NCBI RefSeq assembly: GCF_009834535.1
Contig: NC_045697.1
Coordinates: 98,768,001 to 98,832,000 of the forward strand
Reading direction: 5' to 3'
Origin: Camelus ferus
Taxonomy: Eukaryota
Length of the DNA: 64,000 nt
Shown: positions 13,788 through 26,290 of the stretch, in pieces
How the letters are laid out: each line of letters starts with the position of its first letter
Numbering within the stretch: position 1 is the stretch's first letter
The notes under the pieces: generated by a model
The model's database searches: none
What the model was told of the DNA's origin: nothing
Seen by the model: only the letters and a program-made list of their open reading frames with translations
Translations under genes and position numbers: made by a program

Positions 13788-14221
13788 CCAAACTTGAATT
13801 ACACGTCTCTTCCATTCTTCCCCTTAGCACCTCTCATTCATTCGTTCATTCACTCACTCACTTATTTGTACTGTCATTCAACAAAAATACATCAAGTCCT
13901 CTGGTGTCTGGTGTCTTCGTTTGCCCCTCCCACCCACCCTTTCAGATGCCCTGAGGATACCCTGTGCAGGCAATATTCATGCTCTGGACCTATTCAGGCT
14001 TCTTCTCCACATTAAAAGTTGGAGGTTCAATGCTTCAATCCTTCAGATCTCTGCTATCTTTTTTTTTTCCTTCATATTTCTGCTATCTTAATTAATTAGT
14101 CAACACATTAATTAATATGACAGAATGAGTGTTAACTGGTGTTAATATGGTATGCATTTCAGGAAAATTATTTGCTCTTAAAATAAGGCCCTTCTGAGTT
14201 TAATGCTTTCATCCAAAGGAG

Positions 14222-14398
14222 CAGGACTTATTCCATAATTTGTGGGATTCAGTGCAAAATGAGAATGCAGAGCCTCTTGCTCAAAAATAATTAAGAGTTT
14301 CAAGACAGCAAGAGCAGAACATCAAACGAAGCACAGGGCCCTTCTAAGTGTGAGGACCCTGCAGCTGCACAGCTCGTACACCCATGAGGCCAGCTCTG
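14222..14398 (-). mobile_element. MER45A-like hAT-Tip100 MITE, full length
   Basis: CAG...CTG ends, 177 bp, 8-bp TSD CAAAGGAG/CAAAGCAG. Confidence 0.85.
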
Positions 14399-14862
14399 CA
14401 AAGCAGTAATGTCAGGTTGGAATTTGAAGAACGTGGCAGGCCAGTTAGAGAAGATGGTTTGAGTGGGTGGTTCTCCTGTTATTTTTCAAACCATACCACA
14501 TAGGCCAGTCTCTGTTGAAATGACTTGTAAAACTATATTTCCTGGAGTGGAGAAAAGAGTACAGCTCTCTGGAGGTCACTGGGTTGTACGAAGAAAGAAG
14601 AGTCAAACAATGATAGAATAACAGAGAGGTTAAATAATGTGCCCAAGGCCACATATTCAGTAGTGTTTGAGCCAAGACTACAGAACCCTTGTTCACTCCT
14701 TTCTACCTTCTGCCTGCCTCTATCACTACAGTGTAGACAAGGCTTGGGATCACAGGGAAAATAGCATATTTATTTTAGTTTGTTCAGACTGACATAGGTC
14801 CCATTGCTTTAAATGTCCCTGAAAATGTGTCTAAAGGTTGAAAGCAATGCATTGAGCATATT

Positions 14863-14994
14863 GGGGAGGGGGTGCGTAATTAGGTTTATTTATTTATTTT
14901 ATTTATTTATTTTTTAAATGGAGGTGCTGGGAATTGAACCCAGGACCTCATTCATGCTAAGCATGTGCTCTACCACTGAGCTATACCCTCCCCC
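14863..14994 (-). mobile_element. Vic-1-type SINE
   Basis: A/B boxes; TSD AGCATATT. Confidence 0.92.
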
Positions 14995-16783
14995 AAGCAT
15001 ATTTTTTGAAATTGTAACTAACATACTGTTTTAAAATAAATTTACCTTTATGGACAGGGTTGTACAACATTGTGAATGTATTTAATGCTGGTGACTTGTA
15101 CCCCTAAAAGTAGTTAAAATAGTAAATTTTGTTATGTATATTTTAGCACAATAAAAAATAAATAAATTTATCCTAGATATCCCAACTTTTTGGACACCCA
15201 GTATGTGTACTGACATTGAAAGACCCCCAATATAATTATTGAGTGAAGGATTATATTATTCTACACTATGGATAGAATGTATCATTTACATATAAGAATT
15301 CGGAAATGAAGCATAGAAGGGAACCTGCAAGGTTTTTGTAGTCACACACTTCTGCAGAATTTAAATTGTTTACAGTGAGCATATATATTGCTTTAAAAAT
15401 CTTTTTTGTAAAGGTATTTCTATTGGGAGAGGAAAAAAGAAGAAACCAATATGTCAGAAACAGGCCTGACAGTCAGGAGTGGGCGAGAGCCTGAAGCTGC
15501 AGGTCTTGGGCTGCCTGGCTGGCCACTGCTGAACTCTCTGAGATGGGTTTCATCATTGTGAGCAGACTGGTCCAGCAGGTTCAGAGGCACGCTCCAAAAA
15601 TAACCTGGACTCCTAGATGTAGAAGATGCCTGACGGGTTACCTGGTCTGATTTCCCACCTGGATATACAACTTTCTAAATCTCCTTTATCTCAACCCTTA
15701 CTCAACCGCTTCCCACCCATCCTGTTGCTATAGACTAATGATTGTTGGAAACTTCTTTCTTGTATTTAATATGAAAGCTGCCTCCCTATAACCAATAATT
15801 ACTCACTCTAGCTCTTCTTTTAAGGGCATAACAGAAAAAAAAAAAATTCCATCTTCTATATGCCAGCCCTCTATTTCCCAGTTGCCAAGTCTGTCTATCC
15901 TTCCTCTTCTCTTTTTTGAGCCCAGTAAGCATCCTCAGTGAATCTCCATGTGCTCCTACACCGTTTCAGTTGTTTCCCTATGGACACCATTTCCCGCTCT
16001 CTAAATGTGGCACTCTTGAGAGTAACAAAGTATGGTAAACTGTACTTCTGTTGTGCAACCTAAGATTATATTAGTATTTTTAGCAGCCATATTGTGTTGT
16101 TGGCTCTAGGTGAGTTTATCGTCACCGGAAACTCAAGGATTGCAATCCAAGCAGTTTGTTTCCCTTCTGAAAAATTATGGATTTTGAATCTAAATGTAAG
16201 CCTATTTTTTCAACTTAATGTTTCAGTCTATCAAGCTCAGATTTGTAAGAATGCAACAAGCTTTGTAGGCTTCTTTCTTATTCCAAAAATTATTAATACC
16301 TATTCACTGTGATGTTTTTGAAAACCCATATATATATATAGACAAAAAGGAGAAACTAAAAATTGCTGATCAATCCATCATCCTGACCTTATTACTCTTA
16401 ATATTTTGGTATAAAAATAAATATATGTATAAGTAAATCCATCTCCACTTCTTTCTATGCATAACAATATTTTCCCTAGTAATTGGCTTATATTATATAC
16501 ACTATTGTATAACTTTGTTTTTTCACCAAATAGTATGTATGTGACTCTTTTTCCATGTTAAATATCCTCTCATAGCATATTAAAAGAACGAGTTTCACCA
16601 TTTACTTATTTATTCAGTCACATGGTCCTGGATATTTGTTTCTGTTTTTTTCACATTATAAATAGAACTTCAAAGACTATCCTTGAACTTACATTTTTAT
16701 GTATATTCATGATGATTTCATTGGAGATTATTCCTAAAAGTATAATTGCATAAAAGGGTAGGATTTTTTAAAGTTTTGGTACC

Positions 16784-17152
16784 TGTATTAGTCTGCTCAG
16801 GGTACCATAATAAAACACCACAGACTGGCTGGCTTAAGCAGTAGACCATTCTGGAGGTTCGAGGTCCACAATCAGGGTGCCAGCAAATTTGTCTTCTGAT
16901 GTGAGCTCTTCCTGGCTCATAGAGAACTGCCTGCTCCCTGTGTCTTAACGTGGCCTTTCCTTTGTGCACATGTGGAGAGAGGGAGTTTTGGTGTCTCTTC
17001 CTCTTCTTGTAAGGACAACAGCCTTATCGGATTAGGGCCCCACCCTTATGACCTCATCTAACCTTACTTATCACCCTAAAGGGCCTATCCCCAAATACAA
17101 TCACACTGGAGGATTAGGGCTTCAACATATGCATTTGGAGGGGGGGGGCACA
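16784..17152 (-). mobile_element. MaLR solo LTR (MLT1A-like)
   Basis: TGTATTAGTCTGCTCAGG...GGATTAGGGCCCCACCCTTATGACCTCAT...TTAGGGCTTCAACATATG. Confidence 0.85.
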
Positions 17153-19190
17153 AAAAATACTCCCACTCGCTGTGCTTGAGAGTGCCTACCCTGCACTCCC
17201 ACCAGGAGTTTAACATTTACAAATCTAGATTACTTTGAAAATGGATTTTGCAGACCTTCAGAGTTGGACAAGTGTTCATAGCTATACAGCAGGAGGCTCA
17301 ACTAAGGGGCTTAGGTCAGGATACACATTTCAATATTAAGTGCTTCTTGGACTCTCAGGTGCATTTCCTTGCCTGTGAGTTCCACACCACCTACAAACCT
17401 TAGTCATCCTTGGGCCCAGGAGGCACCCACACCTCATAATTAGTATGTGCACCTACATACTTTGTTAAATCCCTGATGGAAGCAGTGCCTTAGTGCAAGA
17501 TTTAGAAAAGATGGGAATGAATTGCTGAGAAGGATCTAAAAAGTATTCTGGTGGATGAATTAGGTGGAATATTGAAAGAATGTGAAGGGAGGGGTCATCT
17601 TGAATCCTGGAATTGAGAAGAATTCCTTGATACTGAGTTCCATAGCCTTCGGGTACTTGTTTGATCACAGCTGCTTTTCTAATCCCTAGTGGCAGCTGGG
17701 CCTTTAAGGGACCCTTTTTTTACTTGACCAGGGAAATAATGACCCCTTTCTCTGTGTGGATCTCATAGCCAGACAGGAATAGGCCATATATTCCTAACTT
17801 TCAGACAAGAAGAATGCAATACACTTTTTTAAAAATAATTTTTCTCATTTTATTTGAAATAATATACAAGAATATAGTGTGCAAAATTTAGGGACAACAG
17901 AATGAAGTGTAATGAACTGAAATCAGTTTTCCAGCTGTGATTCCTAACCAGAAACACTGCTTGGTAAGTAATATCCGAAAAGCCGTGATTGTAGCTCAGA
18001 GCAAAAGCATCTGTATTCCCAGTGTGTTTGCTCTCATTGTAGATATTTGGGGGAGAGTAAGGTGCAAGTGCTGCACTGTAACTGCAAAGCCTGGCCCCCG
18101 CCGGAGAGATACGATGACACATATGATGTTAAGATAAGTAAGTGGCTGAGGAGATATAGGACACAAAGTTAAAAATACAATGGTGTCAACTGTTAACAGC
18201 ACCATTACAGTGGCTATATCCCAGTGCTGTTAAGTAACTTGACTTTGGCCTGGGCTGGGTCTGCACCGCAGTAAGGGATGAGTGCTGCCACCCGGTGCCT
18301 CAGCTCAGCATGCTCTGGGAACCACAGCAGGTCGTGCTTAGGTGGGACACTGACACCATCCACCTGTTCCTTGTTCTGGTCACCTCTTGGCACTAGCCAG
18401 ACTAGGAGCCCCTGTGCTTGGCACAGACAGTACACTTTTTGTGCGTACTGGAGTCCTATCACAGACTGCAGACTCAGCCGCCTGCAAGAGAGAAAGTGTA
18501 GCTGTACTCTAGTCTCTGCTGGCTTTCTCTTCATCTCTAGGTACAATGATTTCAAACATCTTTGCTGAGGGAGAGTGCCCAGGTGGAAATGGGAGAGCCC
18601 CCAGGTGGAAATGGAAGAGCAGAAAGTACTTGGAATTTATTTTATCACTTACCTTTAAGAACAGCTTTACTGTTTTTATTTTTTAATGCCCATTTTAACA
18701 AATTCAAATACAGAAGATTGTAAAGCACAAAGTGAAGTCATCCAGATACTTACTACTGAGACAACCAATTTCATACTCATAGATCTATAAAAACAGTTTT
18801 ATGTAAAAGAGCTTATTCATGTATTCTGTGACCTATGTTGCTCAGTTGTAAGCATGAAATCTTTTTAAGTCAATAAACATGGAGGCATAGCATTACCCTG
18901 AGTATATCTATCATAATTCACATACCAGTTCTAAACTGGGTTGTTTCACCGATTTGTGAAGCTACTAAAAGCAATGCTGAGATACCTTGTGCATATCTTT
19001 CACTACTTTTACAAATATTTAAATGAAACTGTCTAATGTCTTTGGGATTAACAACACAGTAAAAATCCCAAAGTCATACTTAAAAGAAATTAAAAATATG
19101 TGCAGCTTCTTTATTCTCTATATACATCTATAGAAAGCAGTTGTCTCTTTCCTCCTATAGAATACAACAACCTTGAAATGCTGTAATTTT

Positions 19191-19323
19191 TTTTTTTTTT
19201 TTGGTGGAGGGGAGGGAACTAGGTTTATTTATTTATCTATTTTTTAGAGGAGATACTAGGGATTGAACCCAGGACATCATGTATGCTAAGCATGTGCTTT
19301 ACCACTTGAGCTATACCCTCCCC
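19191..19323 (-). mobile_element. Vic-1-type SINE (AGCTCAAGTGG variant)
   Basis: TSD TGAAATGCT(G/A)TAATTTT; poly(T) tail on plus strand. Confidence 0.92.
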
Positions 19324-20059
19324 TGAAATGCTATAATTTTGATCTCATCTCTCATCCTCTTCCTTGTCTCACCTGATACTGTGTTCAGAATTTTGGTTCT
19401 ATCTTGTTATTTTTTGTTATTGTTTTACTTTAATTTGAAAATTTCAAGCACATAGAAAAGTTAAAAAATAGTTCAAGGAACACATGTATATACCTCACCT
19501 AATTTTATCAATTATTAGTATGTTCTCTCCCTATCTTCTGTCTTTCTCTCTCTCTCTTTCCCTTAGAGATATTTCTCCACTATGTATTGAAAGGAACATT
19601 TATTATATTTTATCCAAAATTTGTAGATATTATATAGCAAGAAGATTTTCCAGTTATCCAGCTGTCTGTACTGCTAGAAATGGAAGTCCTATATTTATCA
19701 ACTTGTATTTTGCTTTTTTCACAGAGCAGTACGTAAATTTTTCATGGTTCCACAGAAATAACTGGCTGCAAATTTATCCTTTATAATAATCTGAAAAATA
19801 ATTTTAAAAAATTAGTAAATTATTTCTTTAAAAACAATCATCATATTCAACTTTTTCTACGTGTGACCTGTGTGGTAATATTGTCCTTCAATATTTTATG
19901 TGTCTATTTATACTCTCCCTGGATGTTTAATTTTATTTTTATAAACATCCTCCCCTCTGACCTACATTTTGCTTAATTTTAAAAAGAAATTTAGAGTATG
20001 TTGAATAGGTTAAAAATAAACAAACACCAACTGCATCATGCTGTATTTCTCAGAGATGG

Positions 20060-20470
20060 AAAGAATGTGAGAAGCATCCCAGGCAGAGGAATTTGCCTAT
20101 GCAAAGCCCTGGGAAAGAAAGAAGCAAGGCACATTTTCTAGGAATAGAAAGAAGGCCACTGTACTAGAGCAGAGCAAATGAAGAATGTGAGACTAGGCTG
20201 AAGATGTAGTTGGGAGTGGCCCTCAGGACCTTGAAAGTGGTGTTAAGAATTTAACTGTGTCTTTTAAGAGTAAGGCTAAGCTGCTCAGGTTTTTTAATTA
20301 GAATTGTATTTGAAAAGAGGATTCTGACTGTGGTGGAAAGAACAGTCTGGAAGGCACAAGAGTGGGTTATGGGAAGACCAGGGGCGATTACTGTAATAGT
20401 CCTAGCAAGAAATATTGCCGTGGAATGGAGTTCTGGCTTTAGTGATGGAAAGAAGTAAAAGAGAAAGGGA
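20060..20470 (+). mobile_element. L2 LINE fragment
   Basis: AGCATCCCAGGCAGAGG..TGCAAAGCCCTG..AAGAAGGCCACTGT purine-rich L2 motifs. Confidence 0.65.
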
Positions 20471-20574
20471 ATAGTTAGGAAATGCATCTTGCTAAAGTGA
20501 TGAGCAAACCATTTTTGAGGGTTCACTTGGTCCTCTAACTTATGGAGACTCAGCTGACAAATAGAAAGTTCCCT

Positions 20575-21006
20575 ACTGTGGAAGCCAAGGAGGTTCCACA
20601 TTTGGATCTCTTTGCAAGGAGGAGCATGCTGTTCAGCTACAAGGAACTGTCCACCTTGGCTTTCAGGCTTAGGCCACGCTCCTTCTGGACAGCCCAGCCA
20701 ACCACTGATCCCGGCAGGGCTGCCAGCTCTGATCATTTCTGCCCAAGGCTGGACTCCTCTAACAGGCAGTCTGCTCTAGACAGGTTGACTGAGACTTTAT
20801 CAAATTTGTGTTGGCCTGAGGCTCTCTCTCCTGCTTCCTCTTCTGTTTCCTTTTCCAAGTGTCAGAGCTGCATCCTGGCCTGAAGGCTGTCTCTGCTCAA
20901 TCCTGTATCCTTTCCCTTTTTCTTTCATAGGCTTCATTCCCCAATAAATCTCCTATTTAAATAAACTCAGTCTCATTATCTGCCTTTCTTAGGACCTACC
21001 AACACA
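20575..21006 (+). mobile_element. ERVL solo LTR (LTR16A/B-like)
   Basis: TCTGCCCAAGGCTGGACTCCTCTAA...CCCCAATAAATCTC...GGACCTACCAACACA. Confidence 0.7.
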
Positions 21007-21385
21007 CCTGACAAATAATGGGGTTAGGGATATCTGGTGAAGGATATCTGATCAGCTATTTCGGTATCTCCACAAAGGCCGTAATTGCTAGGCCATGATT
21101 CACTAATTGTCTGCTGAAGTTTCTCAGAATGTTAGGCAACCAGACTCTCCCATACTTCCAAGGAATCCTGCATTATTTTGGAGTAGCTCTTTGGAGATGG
21201 AGAATTAAGAGAGAAAAGAGAGCAGAAGAGATTTTACAGGCCTAATCTCTTCAGGCCGAAGGAAAGGCTATGAAAAGAACTAGCCTAGGCCGGATCCAGT
21301 TCACTGTGAATTGTCTAATCAACTGGTTTACCACTCATGATATTATTTAACACTATGGAACCCAAACTCTGGAAAATGTACTTTT

Positions 21386-21701
21386 TTTTAAACTTTTTTT
21401 CTTATTTTAAACTTCAAATATAGTTGATCTATAATATTGTGTTAGTTTCATGTGTACAGCAAAGTGATTCAGTTATACACTCTTTTTCAGATTCTTCTCC
21501 ATTATAGGTTATTATAAGATATTGAATATAGTTCCCTGTGCTATACAGTAGGTCCTTGTTATTTATCTATTTTGTGTATAGTAGTATGTATCTGCTAATC
21601 CCAAACTCCTAATTTATCCTTCCCTCTTTCCCCTTTGGTAACTATTAATTTGTTTCCTGTGTCTGTGAGTCTGTTCTATTCTGTAAGTAAATACATTTGT
21701 G
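21386..21701 (-). mobile_element. 5'-truncated artiodactyl-type L1 3'UTR
   Basis: 18-bp TSD TCTGGAAAATG(T/C)ACTTTT; ATATTGAATATAGTTCCCTGTGCTATACAG motif. Confidence 0.9.
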
Positions 21702-24289
21702 TCTGGAAAATGCACTTTTGAACTGTACTGTAAGAACCATAGGGACAGATTTCACACTTATATATGGGGATGAATTTTTCTCCGACAAACCATGTTCCCA
21801 CTATCACTCAACTTGGGGAAAAGTTGGTTCAGACACAGAAAGAAGCTGAGGACTTGAGAGGTGGCCTGTGTCTTTTAGAGGAGAGAAAGTCTTCCTCTCC
21901 CCTCTGGGACTCAGCAGGGGCTGGGAAGGTGTTGTGTCTGTATTTTGAGGCCAAAGTGAGAGGTTAGAGTGGTCAAGCACGTCTTTGGGTGACAGGGTAA
22001 GCTGTTGGAGATCCAGTGCAGGAGCCAGGCTGGGAGCTAACTCGGCCGGAGAGCCCAGGGCGGATCTGGGATTGAGCTGTAGTTGTAAAGTATTTTTTGT
22101 GTTGTACTCCTTCCCTGAGCTTCCAGTAAAACTATGGCTTAATCTGTGCTGTGAGGAATTAGTTAAAATTTATGCCCACATTTGGGCAAATCTATGAAAG
22201 AAGCATACTGCCCAGGCCGTATGCCCATGTGAACCTCATCCACCACACATGTCAGAATTTATAGGGCCCAATGAATGATATCCCTATTTCCTGCCCACAA
22301 GTGGAACCTATTGAGGAAAAAATGAAAGAGGTAAGCAGCAAGAGAGAAAAATGTCACCTTTATTGCCATTAAAGGCAGTTGAAGGATGTAGATTAGGTAT
22401 GTTAGCCAAGGGGATTACTTAATATTTCACCCCTAAATTAAACTTACCTGCCTCCTCGTAGATGGTGCTGGACAACCACGTGAAAAAGTAGAGGTGACTG
22501 TGCACCCAGAGATCAGGCAAAACTCAAGACAAAAGAAGGAGGAAGAACTTGAAGATGTTCAGCTTATTCTCCCAAAATCTCCATTGAAATACCTCACTCC
22601 TCCCCTAGGGACCAGACCATGAACAGGGCAGAGAAAGGCCAGGGGTGTTAGACATGAAGCCAGAGCAAAGGAGATATCCCGTTCCCCGGAATAGTTTGAA
22701 GCAGTGAGTGTCAAGGCCCATCATTGTAAATGTCTGGATTATAACATCACAATTAGAAATTTGCTGAAATGAAGACCAGAGAAATAAACATAAAAATTTA
22801 TTAGTTATGATCACTTTTATTTTACACTCATCATATAGAACACCCAGATGTGCAATAATAATTAAAATCATTCATCTTCACTATTTTGCCAATTTTTAGT
22901 CATATTAAGAAACATAGCTTTACATATATTTCAGTTTTATTACTCTGAAGGTATATTTCTCAAGGTTGGAGGATGGAACAGATTTTACTACACAGTTTGT
23001 CTACGTGATTGATCATCTCTACATATGTAGACATTTGGTGTGTGGGCTGCCGGTTGAATTCTTGTACTACTTTCCTGATTTAGCCTGAGTAACTTGCAGC
23101 CCCACTGTGGCAAGAACTGGAGGGATGGGGCCCGTCCTGGTCAGTTTCTCATGTGGGAGTGCTTTGGGACTGACAGGGCTAAGAGAGGGGTGGACTTATT
23201 CCCTGCTTTTGGGCAAAATAAACAAAACGTGCTACAGGGAACTTGGTCAGTTGCATATGTCAGAACTGAAGGGGCATAAGCATCCCCAAGCCCCCCCCCC
23301 CAATATCCAAGGAGTTCTAGTCTAGCAGGCAGGGTGTGCCAGCGGGAGTCTCCTAGTGGGGAGATGTGATGCAGCGTGAGCTGAAGGGCAGTGTTGGGTG
23401 GTCCATTAGCTTCCAGCAGGACCTCAGATAAGCTGTGGGGGCAGGGAGGTGAAAGCCCAGTCTTATCCCTAGGAAAGAAAAATGACAAAACCTAGGCATC
23501 TTACAAGTACCCGAATCCATTGTTAGTAGCCAGGGAAGATTCTACTTCTAGCAGAGTATCCTGGTGTCTAAAGCCGACACTGCAGCAAATTTTAGATACA
23601 CACACCCTAAGCCAACATAGCAGGTTATTGGGAAGGGTACAGCTTAGAGGGTAGTATTAGGGGCCAGAGCTCACCCAGGAAGTGTGGAATTGGCAGACAT
23701 GTAGGGCTAATAACAGTAGAATTAATCCCAGACACCATCTGTGAGTGAAAATGAGCTCTAGTTATATTGCCTGCCTTGGTCAGGACTGTCTTCAAAACTG
23801 AGAAGTCCATGGTTATGGTGCTGGACCTGGAAAAGCAGGGAAGTCAAGCATCAGTAGTTGGCTATAAGGGAGCTAATTGTAACTAGAAGGTCTTTCAGTA
23901 TCCATCAGATACAACATGCAAATTACTCATTCCCATTAAACATTAGTTTTGAGCAGAAAGAAAGAAATTCTGGTGAATATTTTTTAGATACTTGGGTTGC
24001 TGAGTGACAGCACACTCTAGGGGTAGAGTAAGGTGACTGATCAGAAGACTGCAGCAATGGTGTTTGTCATGAACTGGAGAGGTGGTAATGGGGGCAGAAA
24101 GAAGTGGGATAATCTGGTAAAGAGGAGGAAATCACAAAAGGAGAAAGATGAGAAAATTAACACAGCAAAATCATTGGGAAGAAGGGTGGGGATAACAGCA
24201 GAGCCCAGGGAAAGCTAGCTTGGGCATTTATTGTAGCAGGAATGAAGGCAGAAAAAGTGGAACTGAGGCTATGTAAGATTTATTCAACT

Positions 24290-24515
24290 CCTACTATGTC
24301 AGGACTGTTCTAAGGCGTTCCATGCATCTTAATTCATTCAGTCCTCACAACAGCCCCATGAAGCAGGTATTATTATCATCTTCATCGTACAGAAGAGAAA
24401 GAAACTCGGCCACTGAGTGGGTGGCTTGCCGCAGGCCCTGTAAGTAGGAAGCAGCAGGGCTGAGATTTGAACTTGAGCAATTGGAAACCACACTTTGAGC
24501 TCTTAATACCATACT
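24290..24515 (-). mobile_element. MIR SINE remnant
   Basis: CCTCACAACAGCCCCATGAAGCAGGTATTATTATC...GATTTGAAC. Confidence 0.7.
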
Positions 24516-24924
24516 AAGTCCCTCCACATGGGGAGGCTGGTAGATCTGATGGTGGGAAAACTGCAAGAAATGATAAATTATGCCTCCCAGGAAATGTTCT
24601 TTATAAAAGCCCTTTAATAAACCAGAAGGAAATATGGCTCACCTGAAATCCCCAAATGTCATGCCCCTCATTTGGGAGCTTTTGAAGAATCTGGGATGTG
24701 TTCCAACAAGCGACAAACACAATATCCTTTTTTCATCCCGGCCACTAGAGGGAAGAGTGGAGTGTCAAAAAACTTAGCGATCCAATGGCTAAGAATTGCT
24801 GTTAGTCCTTGCCCTAACATTGTCAGTACATGAAACTTCTTTGTATTTTTCGCTTGTGAGAGATCATCTTCAAATAAAACTCATCAGCATCCATAAACAT
24901 TTTTCTTCACTCTCTGAAAAGAAA

Positions 24925-25240
24925 TATATTCTGCTAAGTGAAATAAAGTAGACACAAGAGACCACATGTTGTCTGATTCCATTTATATGAAATATCCAGA
25001 AAAGGCAAAGCTCTAAACAGAAAGTAAATTAGTATTTGCCCAGGGTAGGGGCTCAGGGGAAAAGGGATTGACAGTAAATGTGTGTGAGGGATCTTACTGA
25101 GTGATGAGGCTGTTCTACAAAGCATATATATTGACAATTGCACATATAAAATAGTAAAATAACTATTAAAAATAATTGAATTGTACACTTGAAATTAGTG
25201 GATTATGTGATTTATAAAACAGACCTCAACAAAGACATGT
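24925..25240 (+). mobile_element. Old L1 (L1MB/MC-type) 3' end
   Basis: GCTAAGTGAAA..TGATTCCATTTATATGAAATATCCAGAAAAGGCAAA..ATTGAATTGTACACTT. Confidence 0.75.
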
Positions 25241-25721
25241 TGGGGAAAAAAAGAAATGTAACATTTTATAAAACAACCCCCCAAAAAACCTATGCATTCA
25301 AAAAGATTGAAAACATAAGTTTATGTAAGCATAGAAATGTCTAGGAGGATAGCCACTATTTAGTGATTAACTCTAGGAAATGCTATTGTGGGGGAAAACT
25401 GGGAAGTTTTTGATACTCTATGTCTTTCTGTATTTTGGGGGGCAATAATTGATTAAAATTAATTTAAAACATTTTTGAGAGATAGGAAGTCAAAATGCAT
25501 AAAATGCAATGGAATTATAAGTTTCATTTCCTTTGGATAGTGGAACATGGCTTATATTCTTGTCTTTCTATGTTTAATTTCTAATTATAAATTATTATAT
25601 ATTACTTCCATAATAAAAACTGGAAGAAGCTTAATTTAAAATAAAAACCAGGAAATATTCAAATTACTTTTTAAAAATCACCTTTAGTAAAATGTTTATG
25701 GTATTTCATATATAACAGGAG

Positions 25722-26290
25722 TTTTTTTAACTGTTTTATTTTTCTAATTAATTTTTAAAAATTGAAGTATAGTCAATTTACAATGTTCTGTTAATTTCTG
25801 GTGTGCAGCATAGTGATTAAGTTTATATATATACACACACATATACATATATATACATTTTTTTCTATTCTTTTTTATTATAGACCATAAACAAGATATT
25901 GAATATAGTTCCCTGTGTTATGCAGTATGACCTTGTTGTTTATCTCTTTTATATACAGTAGTTTGTATGTACAATTCCCAAACTCCCCAGTTTATCCCTC
26001 TTCCCCCTGGTAACCATAAGTTTGTTTTCTATATCTGTGAGTCTGTCTCTGTTTTGTAAATAAGTTCATTTGTGTCCTTTTTTTTTAGATTCCACATATG
26101 AGTGATAGCATATGGTATTTTTTTCTCTTTCTGGGTAACTTCATTTAGAATGATGATCTCCAGGTCCATCCATGTTGCTGAAAATGGCATTACTTTATTT
26201 TTTTTGACTGAGTAGTATTCCATTGTGTGTGTGTATATGTGTGTGTGTGTGTATATATATATACACGCACAACTTCTTTATCCAGTCATC
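25722..26290 (-). mobile_element. 5'-truncated L1 with ORF2 C-terminal remnant and 3'UTR
   Basis: TSD TATAACAGGAG; ORF 26029..26223 reads MEYYS..MPFSATWMDLEIIILNEV, typical of the L1 ORF2 end. Confidence 0.92.

Noticed and set aside
21730..22180. Possible ancient Gypsy-like LTR
   Set aside because: LTR-like look and a ..CCCACA end, but I could not define boundaries or family with enough confidence
26029..26223. ORF with protein-like sequence
   Set aside because: Decayed L1 ORF2 C-terminus in a truncated insertion, not a host gene; the same applies to 41489..41671
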